64,000 nt of DNA from Dehalococcoidia bacterium (GCA_963663895.2 CAXXRD010000002.1:608001-672000); one strand, 5' to 3'; numbered from the stretch's first letter, positions 1-10,508 are shown. The notes: a model not told the origin generated them from the letters alone. A program made the numbers and translations.

Positions 1-288
1 GTCGCCCAGGTCCATCTCCCGCAGGTTGGTCAGGCCGGCCAGCACGGCCGGCACCTCTCCGCTCAACTCGTTGCCGCCCAGGTCCAGGAACTCCAACTCG
101 GTCAGATCCCCGAGCGTGCTCGGGATCGGCCCGCGCAGCTCGTTATCGCCCAGGTCCATCTCCCGCAGGTTGCCCAGGCCGCCCAGCGCCGCCGGTACCG
201 TCCCGCTCAACTCGTTGCCGCCCAGGGCGAGGAATTCCAGATCGGTCAGATCCCCGAGCGTGCCCGGAATCGGCCCGCGCAGCTCGTT
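1..288. repeat. Two near-identical 144-bp units (each two LRRs) within the LRR gene
   Basis: 1-144 and 145-288 align without gaps (e.g. tcgcccaggtccatctcccgcaggttg at 2 and 146; cggcccgcgcagctcgtt at both ends). Confidence 0.85.
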
Positions 289-813
289 GCCGGAAAGCGA
301 CAGGCGTTGGATCCGGGAGAGGGCGCCCAGGGCGTCCGGAATCTCGCCGCGCAACTCGTTGCCGCGCAGAGATAGGGACTCCAGGCTGCTGAGGTCGCCG
401 AGCGCGCTGGGAATCGTCCCGCTCAGGTGATTGCTTTCCAGCGACAAGTAGGTCAGGTGGGCGAGGTCGGCCAGCGCGGCCGGCAAAGCCCCTTGCAAGT
501 TGTTCCCAACAAGCGACAGGTGGGTCACGCGGCCGTTGGGATCCGTCGTGACACCGATCCAGTCCGCGAGCGGCCGGTTGCTGCCCCAGTTGGCGTTAAG
601 GGTCCAGTGGGGGCCGTCGGTGGCGTCGTAGAGGGCCATCAAGGCGGCCCGGTCCGTCGCCGCCGTGCCGCCGGACTGCTGCGCGAGCAGGGGATGGACG
701 GGCCCCAACAGCGCGGCCAGCAGCAGGGCCGCTCCCGCCAGGGCCAGTGCCCGGCGCGCGATGGGCGGCCGGGACCGCGGGGCCTTGCTTCCTCTGCCGG
801 GTCTGCGCCGCAT
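1..813 (-). CDS. Secreted leucine-rich-repeat (plant-type 24-aa LRR) protein, 3' end runs off the window
   Basis: Not in the ORF track (no stop in window). Manual translation from ATG 813 (GGGAG RBS ~821-825): signal-like N-terminus (ARRALALAGAALLLAALLGPVHPLLA), LRR N-cap DRAALMALYDATDGPHW..NW.S..PL..W.GVTTD..GRVT, then repeats LxxLxLxxNxLxGxIP/VP. Confidence 0.9.
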   Translation of the reverse strand, partial: MRRRPGRGSKAPRSRPPIARRALALAGAALLLAALLGPVHPLLAQQSGGTAATDRAALMALYDATDGPHWTLNANWGSNRPLADWIGVTTDPNGRVTHLSLVGNNLQGALPAALADLAHLTYLSLESNHLSGTIPSALGDLSSLESLSLRGNELRGEIPDALGALSRIQRLSLSGNELRGPIPGTLGDLTDLEFLALGGNELSGTVPAALGGLGNLREMDLGDNELRGPIPSTLGDLTELEFLDLGGNELSGEVPAVLAGLTNLREMDLGD

Positions 814-1195
814 CACGCTGCTCCCTAGCTCGCCGGGCCCGCCCGCTGCGGCCGGTGCGCTAGCCCCCGGCCGTTTGGGCGCGCGGCACCACGGCCCAGC
901 GCACGTCGCCGCTCATGATAGTCACTCCGGCCCCGGGCGGGCGCATCCGCGACATTCCAGGCGCGGGCGGCGCACGACCGCCGAGACGGACTCCGTCGCC
1001 GGCCATCGACGCTGTCAGAATGGGCCTTCCCGCGAGTCGCTGCGCGGCGACGGGCGCCTCGGCAAGCCGCTATATTCGCTCCATATTCCATACCATTCCA
1101 AACGTGAATCACTCGATCAAATCGGATACTTCCATGATTCGCTCCACGCTCGTCTTGCCCCGCGCGCACGCGGACGCGATCGGTGATCCGGCGCC

Positions 1196-2071
1196 ATGAA
1201 ACGTCTCCTGCTGATCATCGCCGCCCTCTGTCTTTTCGCCCTCTTCGCCGCCGGCCCGGACCGCGCCCATGCCGACGACGAGGAGTGTCCAACCTGGAGC
1301 TACACCGTGCGGTTCCCGGATCAGAGTCAGCACTGATCGTACGGGTTCGCGACGGAGGAAGAGGCGCAGGAGGCGATGGAGAGGTGGCTTCGGGAGGAGG
1401 CGACCGGCGTCCCGATTTTCCAAGCCGTCTATTGCGGCGATCACCTGACCGAGAGCCCAGAGCCGGAACCGGAGCCGATCGACCATGAAGCGCTTATCGC
1501 GGAGACGCTGGAGCAGATCCCGTCATCGTGGAACGTGACACGGGAGACGATCGCGGTCATCGACTGCGCGGACGGCGCGTCCTCCACAGGCTGGAGCGCG
1601 ATCGACTGGAGCTACTGCCGGCGAGGCTACGCGGGCTGGGCCTACATCACCAGCCGCGAGATCGTCTTGAACGCAGCCTACTCCGAGTCCTGGCAGGGCA
1701 TCATCGTCCACGAGGCCGTGCACATCGCCCACGCGCAGTACTGCAACCTCCAGACCCGGTCGCAGGGGCCGCCGCGCCCGCTGGTCCTCGCGCTCTGGCG
1801 TCTGTACAAGGACTACCGGGGCCCCTTCGCGCAGTACGAGGCGGTCTGCGTCCGCCCGGTCTTCAGGTTCGGCAACAGTTGGGCGGCGACGCAGGCGCGC
1901 CATGCCGCCCTCCCGGCAGGTAACCGGCCCGTTACGGCCTATGCCCTGACGAACTTTTGGGAATACCTGGCGGAGACGATCGGGGTTTGGGTCATCGCCC
2001 CGGACTGGGTCCTCCAGGAAGACCCACGGGCGCATGCGGCAGTGGAGGCGCATGGGATAGGCAGCGATTAG
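1196..2071 (+). pseudogene. Secreted zinc metallopeptidase-like protein (HExxH; lethal-factor/MtfA-like YAxTNxxEYxAE tail) interrupted by one in-frame TGA at 1334-1336
   Basis: ATG 1196 gives signal peptide MKRLLLIIAALCLFALFAAGPDRAHA; frame continues through TGA codon 47 into the 1376..2071 ORF containing IVHEAVH and YALTNFWEYLAE. Confidence 0.7.
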
Positions 2072-2503
2072 TCAGGGCTGATAGACGTGCTTACCCGATG
2101 CGACCCAGTTCGACCCCATAAACAGCTACGCCGTAGCCTTACGATCCAGCGCGCGGCCCCGGGTTCGATGGGGAAGCCACCCGGGTCGCGGGCCCGGCTC
2201 GCCGGGGAACAGGCGCCTAGCTCGGTCATCCCCCTCCGTGCCAAGCCAGGCATCGCCAAGAGCGACGGCAGTCATTATGTCGTTCTTTATACCAAGCGTG
2301 TTTCCTCGTCGAATAGCCGCCATCTTCGCCCTATCGCGCCGCATTCGCAGATTTTTCCACCATTTCCCCATGCTTTGCGGCACTTCTCCACAACCCCGCC
2401 AACCCGGTAGCCGCTATCCACACCTCGGCTCACCGATCCATAACGTTACGTCGCGTACCGGCATGCCCGCGGCCCCAGGAACGGGCCCCCGGCGATCGTC
2501 CCC

Positions 2504-3394
2504 CTAGCCGTAGCGGTAGACGCCGCGGCCGCTCTTGCGGCCCAGCCAGCCGGCCTCCACGTAGCGCCGCAGCATGGTGGGCGCGGCCAGCGACGGCTCG
2601 TGCAGCTCCGCCTGCATCGCCTCGGCGATATCGAGCATCACGTCGAGGCCGATGAGGTCCGCCGTCGCCAGCGGCCCCATGGCGTGGTTGAAACCGACGT
2701 GGCAGGCGGTATCGATGTCCTCGGCGCTGGCAACGCCGCTCTCCAGCAGGCGGAAGGCATCCAGGATGAAAGGCACCAGCAGGCGGTTGGCGATGAAACC
2801 GGGGGTGTCCTTGGCCCGCACGGGTTGCTTGCCCAGGCTGCGCACCCAGCGCTCGCCCAGATCCACGACCTCTTCGTCGGCCGTGTAGGGCACGATCACC
2901 TCGACCAGCGGCAGCACGGGCGCGGGGTTGAAGAAGTGCAAGCCGATCACCCGCCCGGGGCGCTTCGTGACCCCGGCCAGGTTCTGGTTGGAGAGCGAGG
3001 AGGAGTTGCTGGCGAGCACGCGCGCCTGGGGGCAGGCCTCGTCCAGCTCGGCGAAGATGGCGCGCTTGATGTCGAGACGTTCGCTGGCGGCCTCAAGCAC
3101 GAGGTCGGCGTCGGCCAAGGCGTCCAGATCCAGTCCCCCGCCGAGGCGCGCCAGGGCGGCGTCGCGCTCGGCGGCGCCGAGCCGCCCCTTGTCCACGAGC
3201 CGGCCCAGCCCCTTCTCCACGATGGCGATGCCGCGGTCGATCAGGGCCTGGTCGATGTCGCGCAGGACGGTCGCGTAGCCGTGCTGCACGGCGACCTGGG
3301 CGATGCCGGCGCCCATGGTGCCGGCGCCGATGATGGCGACTTTCTTGATCTCGGGCAGGGGCGTGGGAGCGTCTGCGGTCGAAGCGTCGGGCAT
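2504..3394 (-). CDS. 3-hydroxybutyryl-CoA / 3-hydroxyacyl-CoA dehydrogenase
   Basis: GAGTMGAGIA Rossmann motif, SNSSSL, GLHFFNPAP, PGFIANR, GRKSGRG. Confidence 0.93.
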   Translation of the reverse strand: MPDASTADAPTPLPEIKKVAIIGAGTMGAGIAQVAVQHGYATVLRDIDQALIDRGIAIVEKGLGRLVDKGRLGAAERDAALARLGGGLDLDALADADLVLEAASERLDIKRAIFAELDEACPQARVLASNSSSLSNQNLAGVTKRPGRVIGLHFFNPAPVLPLVEVIVPYTADEEVVDLGERWVRSLGKQPVRAKDTPGFIANRLLVPFILDAFRLLESGVASAEDIDTACHVGFNHAMGPLATADLIGLDVMLDIAEAMQAELHEPSLAAPTMLRRYVEAGWLGRKSGRGVYRYG

Positions 3395-3442
3395 GGGAGT
3401 CTCCGCTCGGTACAGGTTCGATGCGTCAGGCGTGGAAGCGGC

Positions 3443-4909
3443 TCACGCCTCGGCGGCTTCGCCGAGCCGGCCGGCGCCCACGGGGATCGTCACCGCAGGG
3501 TGCTCGGCCAGCGCCTCCCAGATCATCGCTCGGATCGCATCGTAGCGCTCGGCGCTCTCCGCTTCGAGGCGCACCGACAGCACCGGCGTCGTGTTGGAGG
3601 CGCGCACCAGCGCCCAGCCGCCCGGGAACTCGATACGCGCCCCGTCGATGGCGAGCACGGGATAGCGCCCGCGAAAGCGCTTGGCCACGGCGGCGGCGAC
3701 GCCGAACTTGTCGGCGTCGGGACAGGGCAGCTTGAGCTCGGGCGACGTGATCAGGCGCGGCAGGCCGGCGCGCATCTCCTCGAAGCGGGCGGAGAGCGGC
3801 GCGGGATCGCGGGCCAGCAGCTCGGCCACGGCGCAGGCGCCGAAGACGGCGTCGTCGATGCCGTAGTCCAAGCCGGGGTAATCCTCGCCGAAGTAGAAGT
3901 GGCCGCTGCTCTCGCCGCCGAAGCGGATGCCCCCCTCGCGCATCTTGCGCTTGCCCAGGGAGTGACCGCTGGGCGCGAAGACGGGCAGGCCGCCCGCGTC
4001 CTCGATCGCGCGCACGACCGTGGCCGAGCACTTCACGTCGATAAGGACGCGAGCGCCGGGGTGGCGACCGAGGAAGTCACGGGCGAGGAGGGCCAGGATC
4101 GCATCCGGCTCGTGGCGCCGGCCGCGCTCGTCCACCACGCCCAGCCGATCACCGTCGCCATCCCAGGCGATGCCGCAGTCGCCGCCGTGCTCGAGCACGG
4201 CGGCGCGCAGGGCCTCCATGGTCGCGGGCTCCTGGGGATCGGGCAGGTGGTGCGGGTAGGTGCCGTCCAGCTCCGAGTAGGTCTCGACCACGTCGCAACC
4301 GATGCGGCGCAGCGCCTCCGGGCCGGTACAGGCGGCGACGCCGTTGCCGGCGTCGGTGACGACCCTGAGGCGGCGAGCGGGAGAGAAGCGCCGGCCGAGG
4401 AAGTCCCAGTAGGCGGGCTTGGGGTCGCGCTCTTCAACGCCCCCCGCGCCGCGCTCGAAGTCGCGCGCTTCCGCTAGGGCGCGCACCGCCTGGATCTCCT
4501 CGGGCGAAATGGGGATGCCCCGGCGCTCGAGCAGCTTGAGGCCGTTCATATGGGGGGGATTGTGGCTGCCGGTGACGCTGGCGCCGCCGTCGACACCCCA
4601 AGCCGCGGCGGCGAAGTAGAGCAGCGGCGAGGGCGCCAGGCCGATATCGATGACGGAGATGCCCGCCGCCCGCGCGCCACGGACGAGACCGTCCCGCAGC
4701 GACGGCGAGGAGGGGCGGTTGTCGCGGCCCAGCACCATCGTCTCGACGCCGTAGGCGCGGCGCAGGTGCGTGCCGTAGGCGCGGCCGATCAGCGCCGCCA
4801 CCTCGGAGTCAAGGTCCTCGCCCACGACGCCGCGGATGTCGTAGGCGCGGAAGATGTGGGGGTTGAGCCGTGGCTGGCGGGCCGTCGCGCCGGTCCGATC
4901 GGCGGGCAT
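3443..4909 (-). CDS. Phosphomannomutase/phosphoglucomutase (copy 1)
   Basis: IFRAYDIRG, TGSHNP phosphoserine loop, WDGDGDR metal loop, GESSGH, LVRASNT. Confidence 0.93.
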   Translation of the reverse strand: MPADRTGATARQPRLNPHIFRAYDIRGVVGEDLDSEVAALIGRAYGTHLRRAYGVETMVLGRDNRPSSPSLRDGLVRGARAAGISVIDIGLAPSPLLYFAAAAWGVDGGASVTGSHNPPHMNGLKLLERRGIPISPEEIQAVRALAEARDFERGAGGVEERDPKPAYWDFLGRRFSPARRLRVVTDAGNGVAACTGPEALRRIGCDVVETYSELDGTYPHHLPDPQEPATMEALRAAVLEHGGDCGIAWDGDGDRLGVVDERGRRHEPDAILALLARDFLGRHPGARVLIDVKCSATVVRAIEDAGGLPVFAPSGHSLGKRKMREGGIRFGGESSGHFYFGEDYPGLDYGIDDAVFGACAVAELLARDPAPLSARFEEMRAGLPRLITSPELKLPCPDADKFGVAAAVAKRFRGRYPVLAIDGARIEFPGGWALVRASNTTPVLSVRLEAESAERYDAIRAMIWEALAEHPAVTIPVGAGRLGEAAEA

Positions 4910-4911
4910 GA

Positions 4912-6348
4912 TCAGGCGGGCTCCTCAACGCCGTCCGGGATGGTCACCTCGGCATGCTCGCCGACCGCCTCCCAGATCAGGGTGCGAATGGCGTCGTACC
5001 GGTCACGGCTCTCGGCCTCGAAACGCACGGAGAGCACGGGATTGGTGTTGGAGGCGCGCACCAGCGCCCAGCCATCGCCGAAGTCGAGGCGCAAGCCCTC
5101 CGCCTCCAGGCCGTCGCACGCCGCGCGCAGCCGCGCGTTCACCGCCGCCGCCACGCGGAACTTGGCCGCGTCGCCGCAGGGCATCATGATCTCGCGCGAG
5201 GTGAAGAGCGGCGGCATGCCGGCTTTCATCTCCTGGAAACGCGCGGAGAGCGGCCGGTCCGCCGCCGCCGCGAGGCGGGCAATGGCGCAGGCCGCGTAGA
5301 CGCCGTCATCGATGCCGTAGTAGTCCTCGCCGAAGATGACGTGGCCGCTGGCCTCGCCGCCAAAGAGGATGCCCTCGGCGGCCATGCGGCGGCGCAGCAG
5401 GGTATAGCCCGTGCGGGTGAGGACCGGCTCGCCGCCCCGGGCGCGGATGGCGCGGATGGCGCCGAGCGAGCACTTGCCGTCCAGCAGGACCCGCGCGCCG
5501 GGGTGACGGTGCAGCAGGTCGCGGGCCAGCAAGGCCACGATCCAGTCGGCCTCGTGGCGGCGACCGCTTTCGTCGACCAGGCCCACGCGGTCGCCGTCGC
5601 CGTCCCAGGCGAAGCCGCAGTCGGCCTCGTGATCAATCACGGTACGGCCGAGGTCGGCCATGGTCTCCGCCGCCTGGGGGTCGGGCAGGTGATTGGGAAA
5701 GCCTTCCAACAGCTCGGTGTAGAGGCCCACGACCTCGCAGCCGGCGCCGCGCAGGGCGGCGGGCCCAGTAAGGGTTGCAACGCCGTTGCCGGGGTCGGCC
5801 ACGACCCGCAGCGGGCGCGCCACGGGGAAGCGCCGCTCCAGCATGGCGACGTACTCGGGCTTGGGGTCGCGCTCGGTCAGCGCCCCCCGGCCGCGCTCGA
5901 AGTCGCCCGACTCCGCCAGCGCGCGCAGATCCTGGATCTCCTCGGGCAGCAGCGCCGCGGCACCCGCCCGCACCAGCTTGAGACCGTTGAAGCGCACCGG
6001 GTTGTGGCTGGCGGTGACGTTGATGGCGCCGTCCAGCGCCCAGGCCGCGGTGGCGAAGCCCGCTACCGGGCTGGGGGTCAGACCCAGCACGGTCACGTCG
6101 ATCCCGGCGGCGCGGACGCCGGCGATGATCGCCTCGTAGAGCGCGGGCGAAGAGGGGCGGCTGTCGCGGCCCACGGCCAAGGCTTTGCCGCCGCGGCGCC
6201 GGATATCGGTCGCGAAGGCTGCGCCGATGCGCTCGGCCACGGCGGGCGTCAGCTCATCCTCGGCCAAGCCGCGGACGTCGTAGGCGCGGAAGATGTGCGG
6301 GTTCATGCGCCGACTCATGCGCGGGGAGAGGTCGTTGCTGGCGGGCAT
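4912..6348 (-). CDS. Phosphomannomutase/phosphoglucomutase (copy 2)
   Basis: IFRAYDVRG, TASHNP, WDGDGDR, GEASGH, LVRASNT. Confidence 0.93.
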   Translation of the reverse strand: MPASNDLSPRMSRRMNPHIFRAYDVRGLAEDELTPAVAERIGAAFATDIRRRGGKALAVGRDSRPSSPALYEAIIAGVRAAGIDVTVLGLTPSPVAGFATAAWALDGAINVTASHNPVRFNGLKLVRAGAAALLPEEIQDLRALAESGDFERGRGALTERDPKPEYVAMLERRFPVARPLRVVADPGNGVATLTGPAALRGAGCEVVGLYTELLEGFPNHLPDPQAAETMADLGRTVIDHEADCGFAWDGDGDRVGLVDESGRRHEADWIVALLARDLLHRHPGARVLLDGKCSLGAIRAIRARGGEPVLTRTGYTLLRRRMAAEGILFGGEASGHVIFGEDYYGIDDGVYAACAIARLAAAADRPLSARFQEMKAGMPPLFTSREIMMPCGDAAKFRVAAAVNARLRAACDGLEAEGLRLDFGDGWALVRASNTNPVLSVRFEAESRDRYDAIRTLIWEAVGEHAEVTIPDGVEEPA

Positions 6349-6431
6349 CGACCCTATCGTATCGGGCCGTATCGGGCGCGCGACGGCGCCACAGACCGCT
6401 ACGGCTGCCCCTGCGGATTAAGCGGCACGGA

Positions 6432-7886
6432 TCAAGCCGAAGTTTCCCCTGCGGTATCCCGCGTGAGGGGCGGGACGGCGCCCGCCCACGGCATCGCCTC
6501 TTCGATCGCGGCCGCCGCCCGCAGCGCCGTGTCGTCCTCGCCCAAGCGCGCGACGATCTGGATCGCGGTGGGGAGGCCCTGCGGGTCGAAGCCGGTGGGG
6601 ACCGAGATGCCGGGCTGGTGGGTCATATTGAAGGGCGCGGTGAAGGGCGTCGCACCCCAGAAGGGGATCGCGGGCTTGCCTTCGATCTCCCGCAGCCGCT
6701 GCCCGTGCGGGTAGGCCGGCACGGCCACGGTGGGGGTGAGCAGCAGGTCGTAGTCGGCGAAGAAGCGGCGCATGAGCGCGCGGAAGCGCTCCAGCTCGGC
6801 GTAGGCCCGCACCACTGCGGCGCCGTCGACCTTGCGGCCGTGCTCGACGGTGCGCCGCACGTACTTCGTCAGCATCTCGGGCTCGGCGTCGTAGAGCCCG
6901 CCGTGATTGGCGGCGGCTCCAGCCAGGGCGATGGGCGCGAAGATATCGAAGGGATAGGGGATCTCGGGCGTCGCCTCCTCGACCACGGCGCCCGCTTCCC
7001 GCAGCCGCGCCACCGCGCGCTCGGCGTTGGCGCGCACGGGGTACGCCACCGTGGCGAAGCCGAGGTCGAGACTCCAGGCAATGCGCAGATCGCCGAGGCC
7101 GGTGCGCTCGCAAGCGGCCAGGTAGTCCGGCTGCGGCCCTTGGAAGGAGGTAGGATCGCGCGGGTCCGGGCCGGCCATGACCTGCAGCATGATCGCCGCG
7201 TCGCGCACGGTGCGGGCCAGCGGGCCCTCGCTGGAGAGCTGGGGCATGCCGGGGTCGCGGGGGACCGCCTTGGGGATGCGTCCCTGCGTGGGCTTGATGC
7301 CGACGACGCCGCAGTAGGCGGCCGGAACGCGGATCGAGCCGCCGCCGTCGCTGCCGTGCGCCAGCGGACCCAACCCCGCCGCCACGGCGGCGGCCGCGCC
7401 GCCGCTGCTGCCGCCGGCGATCCGCTCCGGGCTCCAGGGAGTGCCGGCCGGACCGCCCAGATCGTTGTCGGTCACGGTGATGAGACCGAACTCGGGCGTG
7501 TTGGTCTTGCCCAGCAGCACGGCGCCCGCGGCTTCCAGTCGCTCCCAGGGGATGCCGCTCGCCTGGGCGACGTTGTCCGCGAAGGCGCGCGAGCCGTGCG
7601 TGGTGCGCACGCCCGCGACATCGTGCAGGTCCTTGACGGAAACGGGCACCCCCAGCAGCGGCGGGAGTGCGGCCGGATCGCCGCCCCGCCGCGCGTCCGC
7701 ATAGGCCGCGTCGGCGCGCGCCGCCTGCGCGCGGGCGATCTCCGGAGTCACGGTGAGGAAGGCGTTGAGCGTGGGGTTGAGGGCGTCGATGCGCCCCAGC
7801 GTCTCCCCGACCACGTCGCTGGGACGGGCCTCGCCGGAGCGGTAGAGCGCGACGATCTCTTGGGCGGAACGAAAGGCGTATGCCAT
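6432..7886 (-). CDS. Amidase signature family protein
   Basis: KD..., GKTNTPEFG, GGSSGG, GSDGGGSIRVPA. Confidence 0.92.
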   Translation of the reverse strand: MAYAFRSAQEIVALYRSGEARPSDVVGETLGRIDALNPTLNAFLTVTPEIARAQAARADAAYADARRGGDPAALPPLLGVPVSVKDLHDVAGVRTTHGSRAFADNVAQASGIPWERLEAAGAVLLGKTNTPEFGLITVTDNDLGGPAGTPWSPERIAGGSSGGAAAAVAAGLGPLAHGSDGGGSIRVPAAYCGVVGIKPTQGRIPKAVPRDPGMPQLSSEGPLARTVRDAAIMLQVMAGPDPRDPTSFQGPQPDYLAACERTGLGDLRIAWSLDLGFATVAYPVRANAERAVARLREAGAVVEEATPEIPYPFDIFAPIALAGAAANHGGLYDAEPEMLTKYVRRTVEHGRKVDGAAVVRAYAELERFRALMRRFFADYDLLLTPTVAVPAYPHGQRLREIEGKPAIPFWGATPFTAPFNMTHQPGISVPTGFDPQGLPTAIQIVARLGEDDTALRAAAAIEEAMPWAGAVPPLTRDTAGETSA

Positions 7887-7896
7887 GGGATGCCTC

Positions 7897-10023
7897 TCAG
7901 GTGCTTGTCGGTTGATCTCTATGGGCCAGGAAGCGTCGATCCGGGGCGACGGGGGCGCGCAGCAGCTCGTTCAGCTCGCCGGGCGTGGTCACGGGGGCGC
8001 TGCAGCTAAAGCCCCGGCAGACGTAGGCCGCGGGAGCGCCGCCGACCAGCTCCTTGCCCGCGAGCTGCGGCACCTGGGTGGCCGCGGGGGCGCCGTCCGC
8101 GTCCAGGGCGCGCTGCGCGAGGACGGCGGTGGGGTGATAGTCGCGGCGCACTACGTCGCCCAGGGCGCGCGCCGCCGGCGCAGCCGGGTCGCCGACGAGG
8201 ACGACGGTCTGGTGACGCCGGATCCAGTCCAGGCTGGTGACGAGCAGCGGCACGGCCGTGGGCGCACGCTCGAGCAGGAGCGCGTGCGCGCGGGCGGTCG
8301 CCTCGAAGCGGTCGGCGAAGAGGCCCTCGCCCGTGAGCGCGTAGAGCCGCGCCAGCACCTTGGCGGCGTGGGAGTTGCCGGACGGGGTGGCGCCGTCGTG
8401 GGCGGGCTTGAAGCGGGTGATGAGCGCCTCGTTGTCGCGGCCGGTCGTGAAGAAGCCGCCGTTCTCCTCGTCCCAGAACTTGGCCAGCATCTCCTCTGCC
8501 AGTGCGCGCGCCTCCAGGAACCAGCGCTCGTCGCCGCCGGTCTCGTAGAGCGTCAGCAGCCCGTCCGCGAGGCCGGCGTAGTCCTCCAGGAAGGCCGGGA
8601 TGGAGGCGCGCCCGCGCGCGTAGATGCGGGAGAGGCCATCGACGCCGCGGAGCGTCTCCATGAGAAAGGTCGCGGCGGCGGCGGCGGCTTCGGTGAAGCG
8701 GGGTTCCCCCAGGACGGCGCCGCCCTGCGCCAGCGCGTCGATGACCATGCCGTTCCAGGAAGCGATCACCTTGGTGTCGGTGGCGGGCGGGACCCGTCCC
8801 GCCCGCTCGGCCAGCAGGGCCGCGCGCCCGCGCTCGATAATGGCGGCGGCTTCCCCCTCGTCTTTCTGATACCACTTGGCGACCGCCTCCACGCTCATGG
8901 TGGGGTGCAGGATGCTCTTGCCCTCGAAGCTGCCGTGCGGCGAGATGCCGTAGTAGCGGTCGAAGAGATCGGCCTCCTCGGCGCCCAGGAGCCGGGCGGT
9001 CTCGTCCGGGGTCCAGACGAAGTACTTGCCCTCCTCGCCCTCGGAGTCGGCGTCCGTGCTGGAGTAGAAAACGCCCTCGGGGGATCGCATCTCCCGCAGC
9101 AGGTAGTCGAGGGTCTCGCGGACGATGCGCGCGTGAAAAGCGTCGTGGCTCAGGCGCCAGGCGTCGAGGTAGAGCGGGACCAGCAGGGCGTTGTCGTAGA
9201 GCATCTTCTCAAAGTGGGGAACGAGCCACTGGCCGTCGACCGAGTAGCGGTGAAAGCCGCCGCCGAGCTGGTCGTACATGCCGCCCTCGGCCATCTTGCG
9301 CAGCGTGAAGAGCGCCTGGTCGCCGGCGCGCCGGTCGTCGTTGGCGGCGGCATGCTGCAAGAGCAGGCGCAAGAGGTAGGGCTGCGGGAACTTGGGCGGG
9401 CCGCCGAATCCGCCCCAGCGTGCGTCGAAGGTATCCATCACGGCGCGCGCACCGGAGGCCAGGACGGCAGCGGCGTCGGGCGTCTGGGCCGCCGGCTGCA
9501 TGCTGGCGGGGGCGTGCAGGTGCTGCACCAGCTCCTCGGCCTGCTTATCGACATCGGAGCGGCGCTCGCGGAAGCCCTGAGCCACGGCCTCAAGCACCTC
9601 CGGCCAGGAGGGCATGCCCATGCGGCGCTCGGGCGGAAAGTAGGTCCCGCCGAAGAAGGGGCGTCCGTCCGGGAGGCAGAAGACGTTGAGCGGCCAGCCG
9701 CCCTGGCCGCGCAGGAGCTGCACCGCCTGCATGTAGATCTCATCAACGTCCGGCCGCTCCTCGCGGTCGACCTTGATGCTGATCGCGAGCTCGTTCTGGC
9801 GCGCGGCGATCGCCTCGTCCTCGAACGACTCACGCTCCATCACATGGCACCAGTGGCAGGCGGCGTAGCCGATGCTGACGAGGACCATCTTGTTCTCACG
9901 GCGCGCGCGCTCCCAGGCCTCATCGCCCCAGGGATACCAGTCGACGGGGTTGTGCGCGTGCTGGAGCAGGTAGGGGCTGCTCTCGCCCGCCAAACGGTTG
10001 CTGTGCTTGGGCTCGCCGGACAT
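7897..10023 (-). CDS. YyaL/SSP411-like thioredoxin-domain + six-hairpin protein (DUF255)
   Basis: [44 protein letters not shown]. Confidence 0.93.
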   Translation of the reverse strand: MSGEPKHSNRLAGESSPYLLQHAHNPVDWYPWGDEAWERARRENKMVLVSIGYAACHWCHVMERESFEDEAIAARQNELAISIKVDREERPDVDEIYMQAVQLLRGQGGWPLNVFCLPDGRPFFGGTYFPPERRMGMPSWPEVLEAVAQGFRERRSDVDKQAEELVQHLHAPASMQPAAQTPDAAAVLASGARAVMDTFDARWGGFGGPPKFPQPYLLRLLLQHAAANDDRRAGDQALFTLRKMAEGGMYDQLGGGFHRYSVDGQWLVPHFEKMLYDNALLVPLYLDAWRLSHDAFHARIVRETLDYLLREMRSPEGVFYSSTDADSEGEEGKYFVWTPDETARLLGAEEADLFDRYYGISPHGSFEGKSILHPTMSVEAVAKWYQKDEGEAAAIIERGRAALLAERAGRVPPATDTKVIASWNGMVIDALAQGGAVLGEPRFTEAAAAAATFLMETLRGVDGLSRIYARGRASIPAFLEDYAGLADGLLTLYETGGDERWFLEARALAEEMLAKFWDEENGGFFTTGRDNEALITRFKPAHDGATPSGNSHAAKVLARLYALTGEGLFADRFEATARAHALLLERAPTAVPLLVTSLDWIRRHQTVVLVGDPAAPAARALGDVVRRDYHPTAVLAQRALDADGAPAATQVPQLAGKELVGGAPAAYVCRGFSCSAPVTTPGELNELLRAPVAPDRRFLAHRDQPTST

Positions 10024-10076
10024 GAGAGCCGCCGGCTAGCGGCAGGCGCCCGGGCGGCCCGCCGGGATCACCGGGA

Positions 10077-10508
10077 CTAGGGCCGCCAAGGGATGAGTTC
10101 GGTGAGGATGCCGTTGACATCCTTGGGATAGAAAAAGGCGGCGGGCTGGCGCGCGGGATCGTGGCTGGGACCGAGGTCGATCTGGCCGACGCCGGCCGCG
10201 CGCAGCCGCTTGATCTCGCCCTCCATGTCGCGCACGCCGTAGCAGATGTGGTGCAGGCCCGGCCCGCTCTTGGCCAGATACCTGGCGACGCCGCTGATGT
10301 CGTCTTGGGGGATCAGCACCTCGACCCGCGTCTCGGCCGCGGCCACGCGCAGGAAGTAGATGCGCGTGTTCTGCGGCTTAAAGAGGTTGCCGTCCGGCAG
10401 CTTGGTGCGGCTCTCGTCGACCGTCAGCCCCAGCCTGTCGACGAACACCTCGCGGGCCTCGTCGAACGAGTGGGCCACAATGCCGATGTGGTCGATCTTG
10501 TCCAGCAT
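10077..10508 (-). CDS. VOC family protein, methylmalonyl-CoA epimerase-like
   Basis: IDHIGI, GPGLHHICY, GILTEL motifs. Confidence 0.8.
   Translation of the reverse strand: MLDKIDHIGIVAHSFDEAREVFVDRLGLTVDESRTKLPDGNLFKPQNTRIYFLRVAAAETRVEVLIPQDDISGVARYLAKSGPGLHHICYGVRDMEGEIKRLRAAGVGQIDLGPSHDPARQPAAFFYPKDVNGILTELIPWRP

Noticed and set aside
1-288. Possible CRISPR-like direct repeats
   Set aside because: Repeats are in-frame 72/144-bp LRR coding units with no unique spacers. No CRISPR array or cas gene was seen anywhere in the window.
1337-1375. SECIS element after the in-frame TGA
   Set aside because: Only a weak, bulged stem (CGT-A-CG-GGTT-CG-CG-ACG) whose loop is too near the UGA; not enough to call a selenoprotein.
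2068-2410. Short ORFs 2068..2259, 2087..2410 and 2126..2383
   Set aside because: No motifs, mutually overlapping, no clear RBS; cannot be supported as genes.
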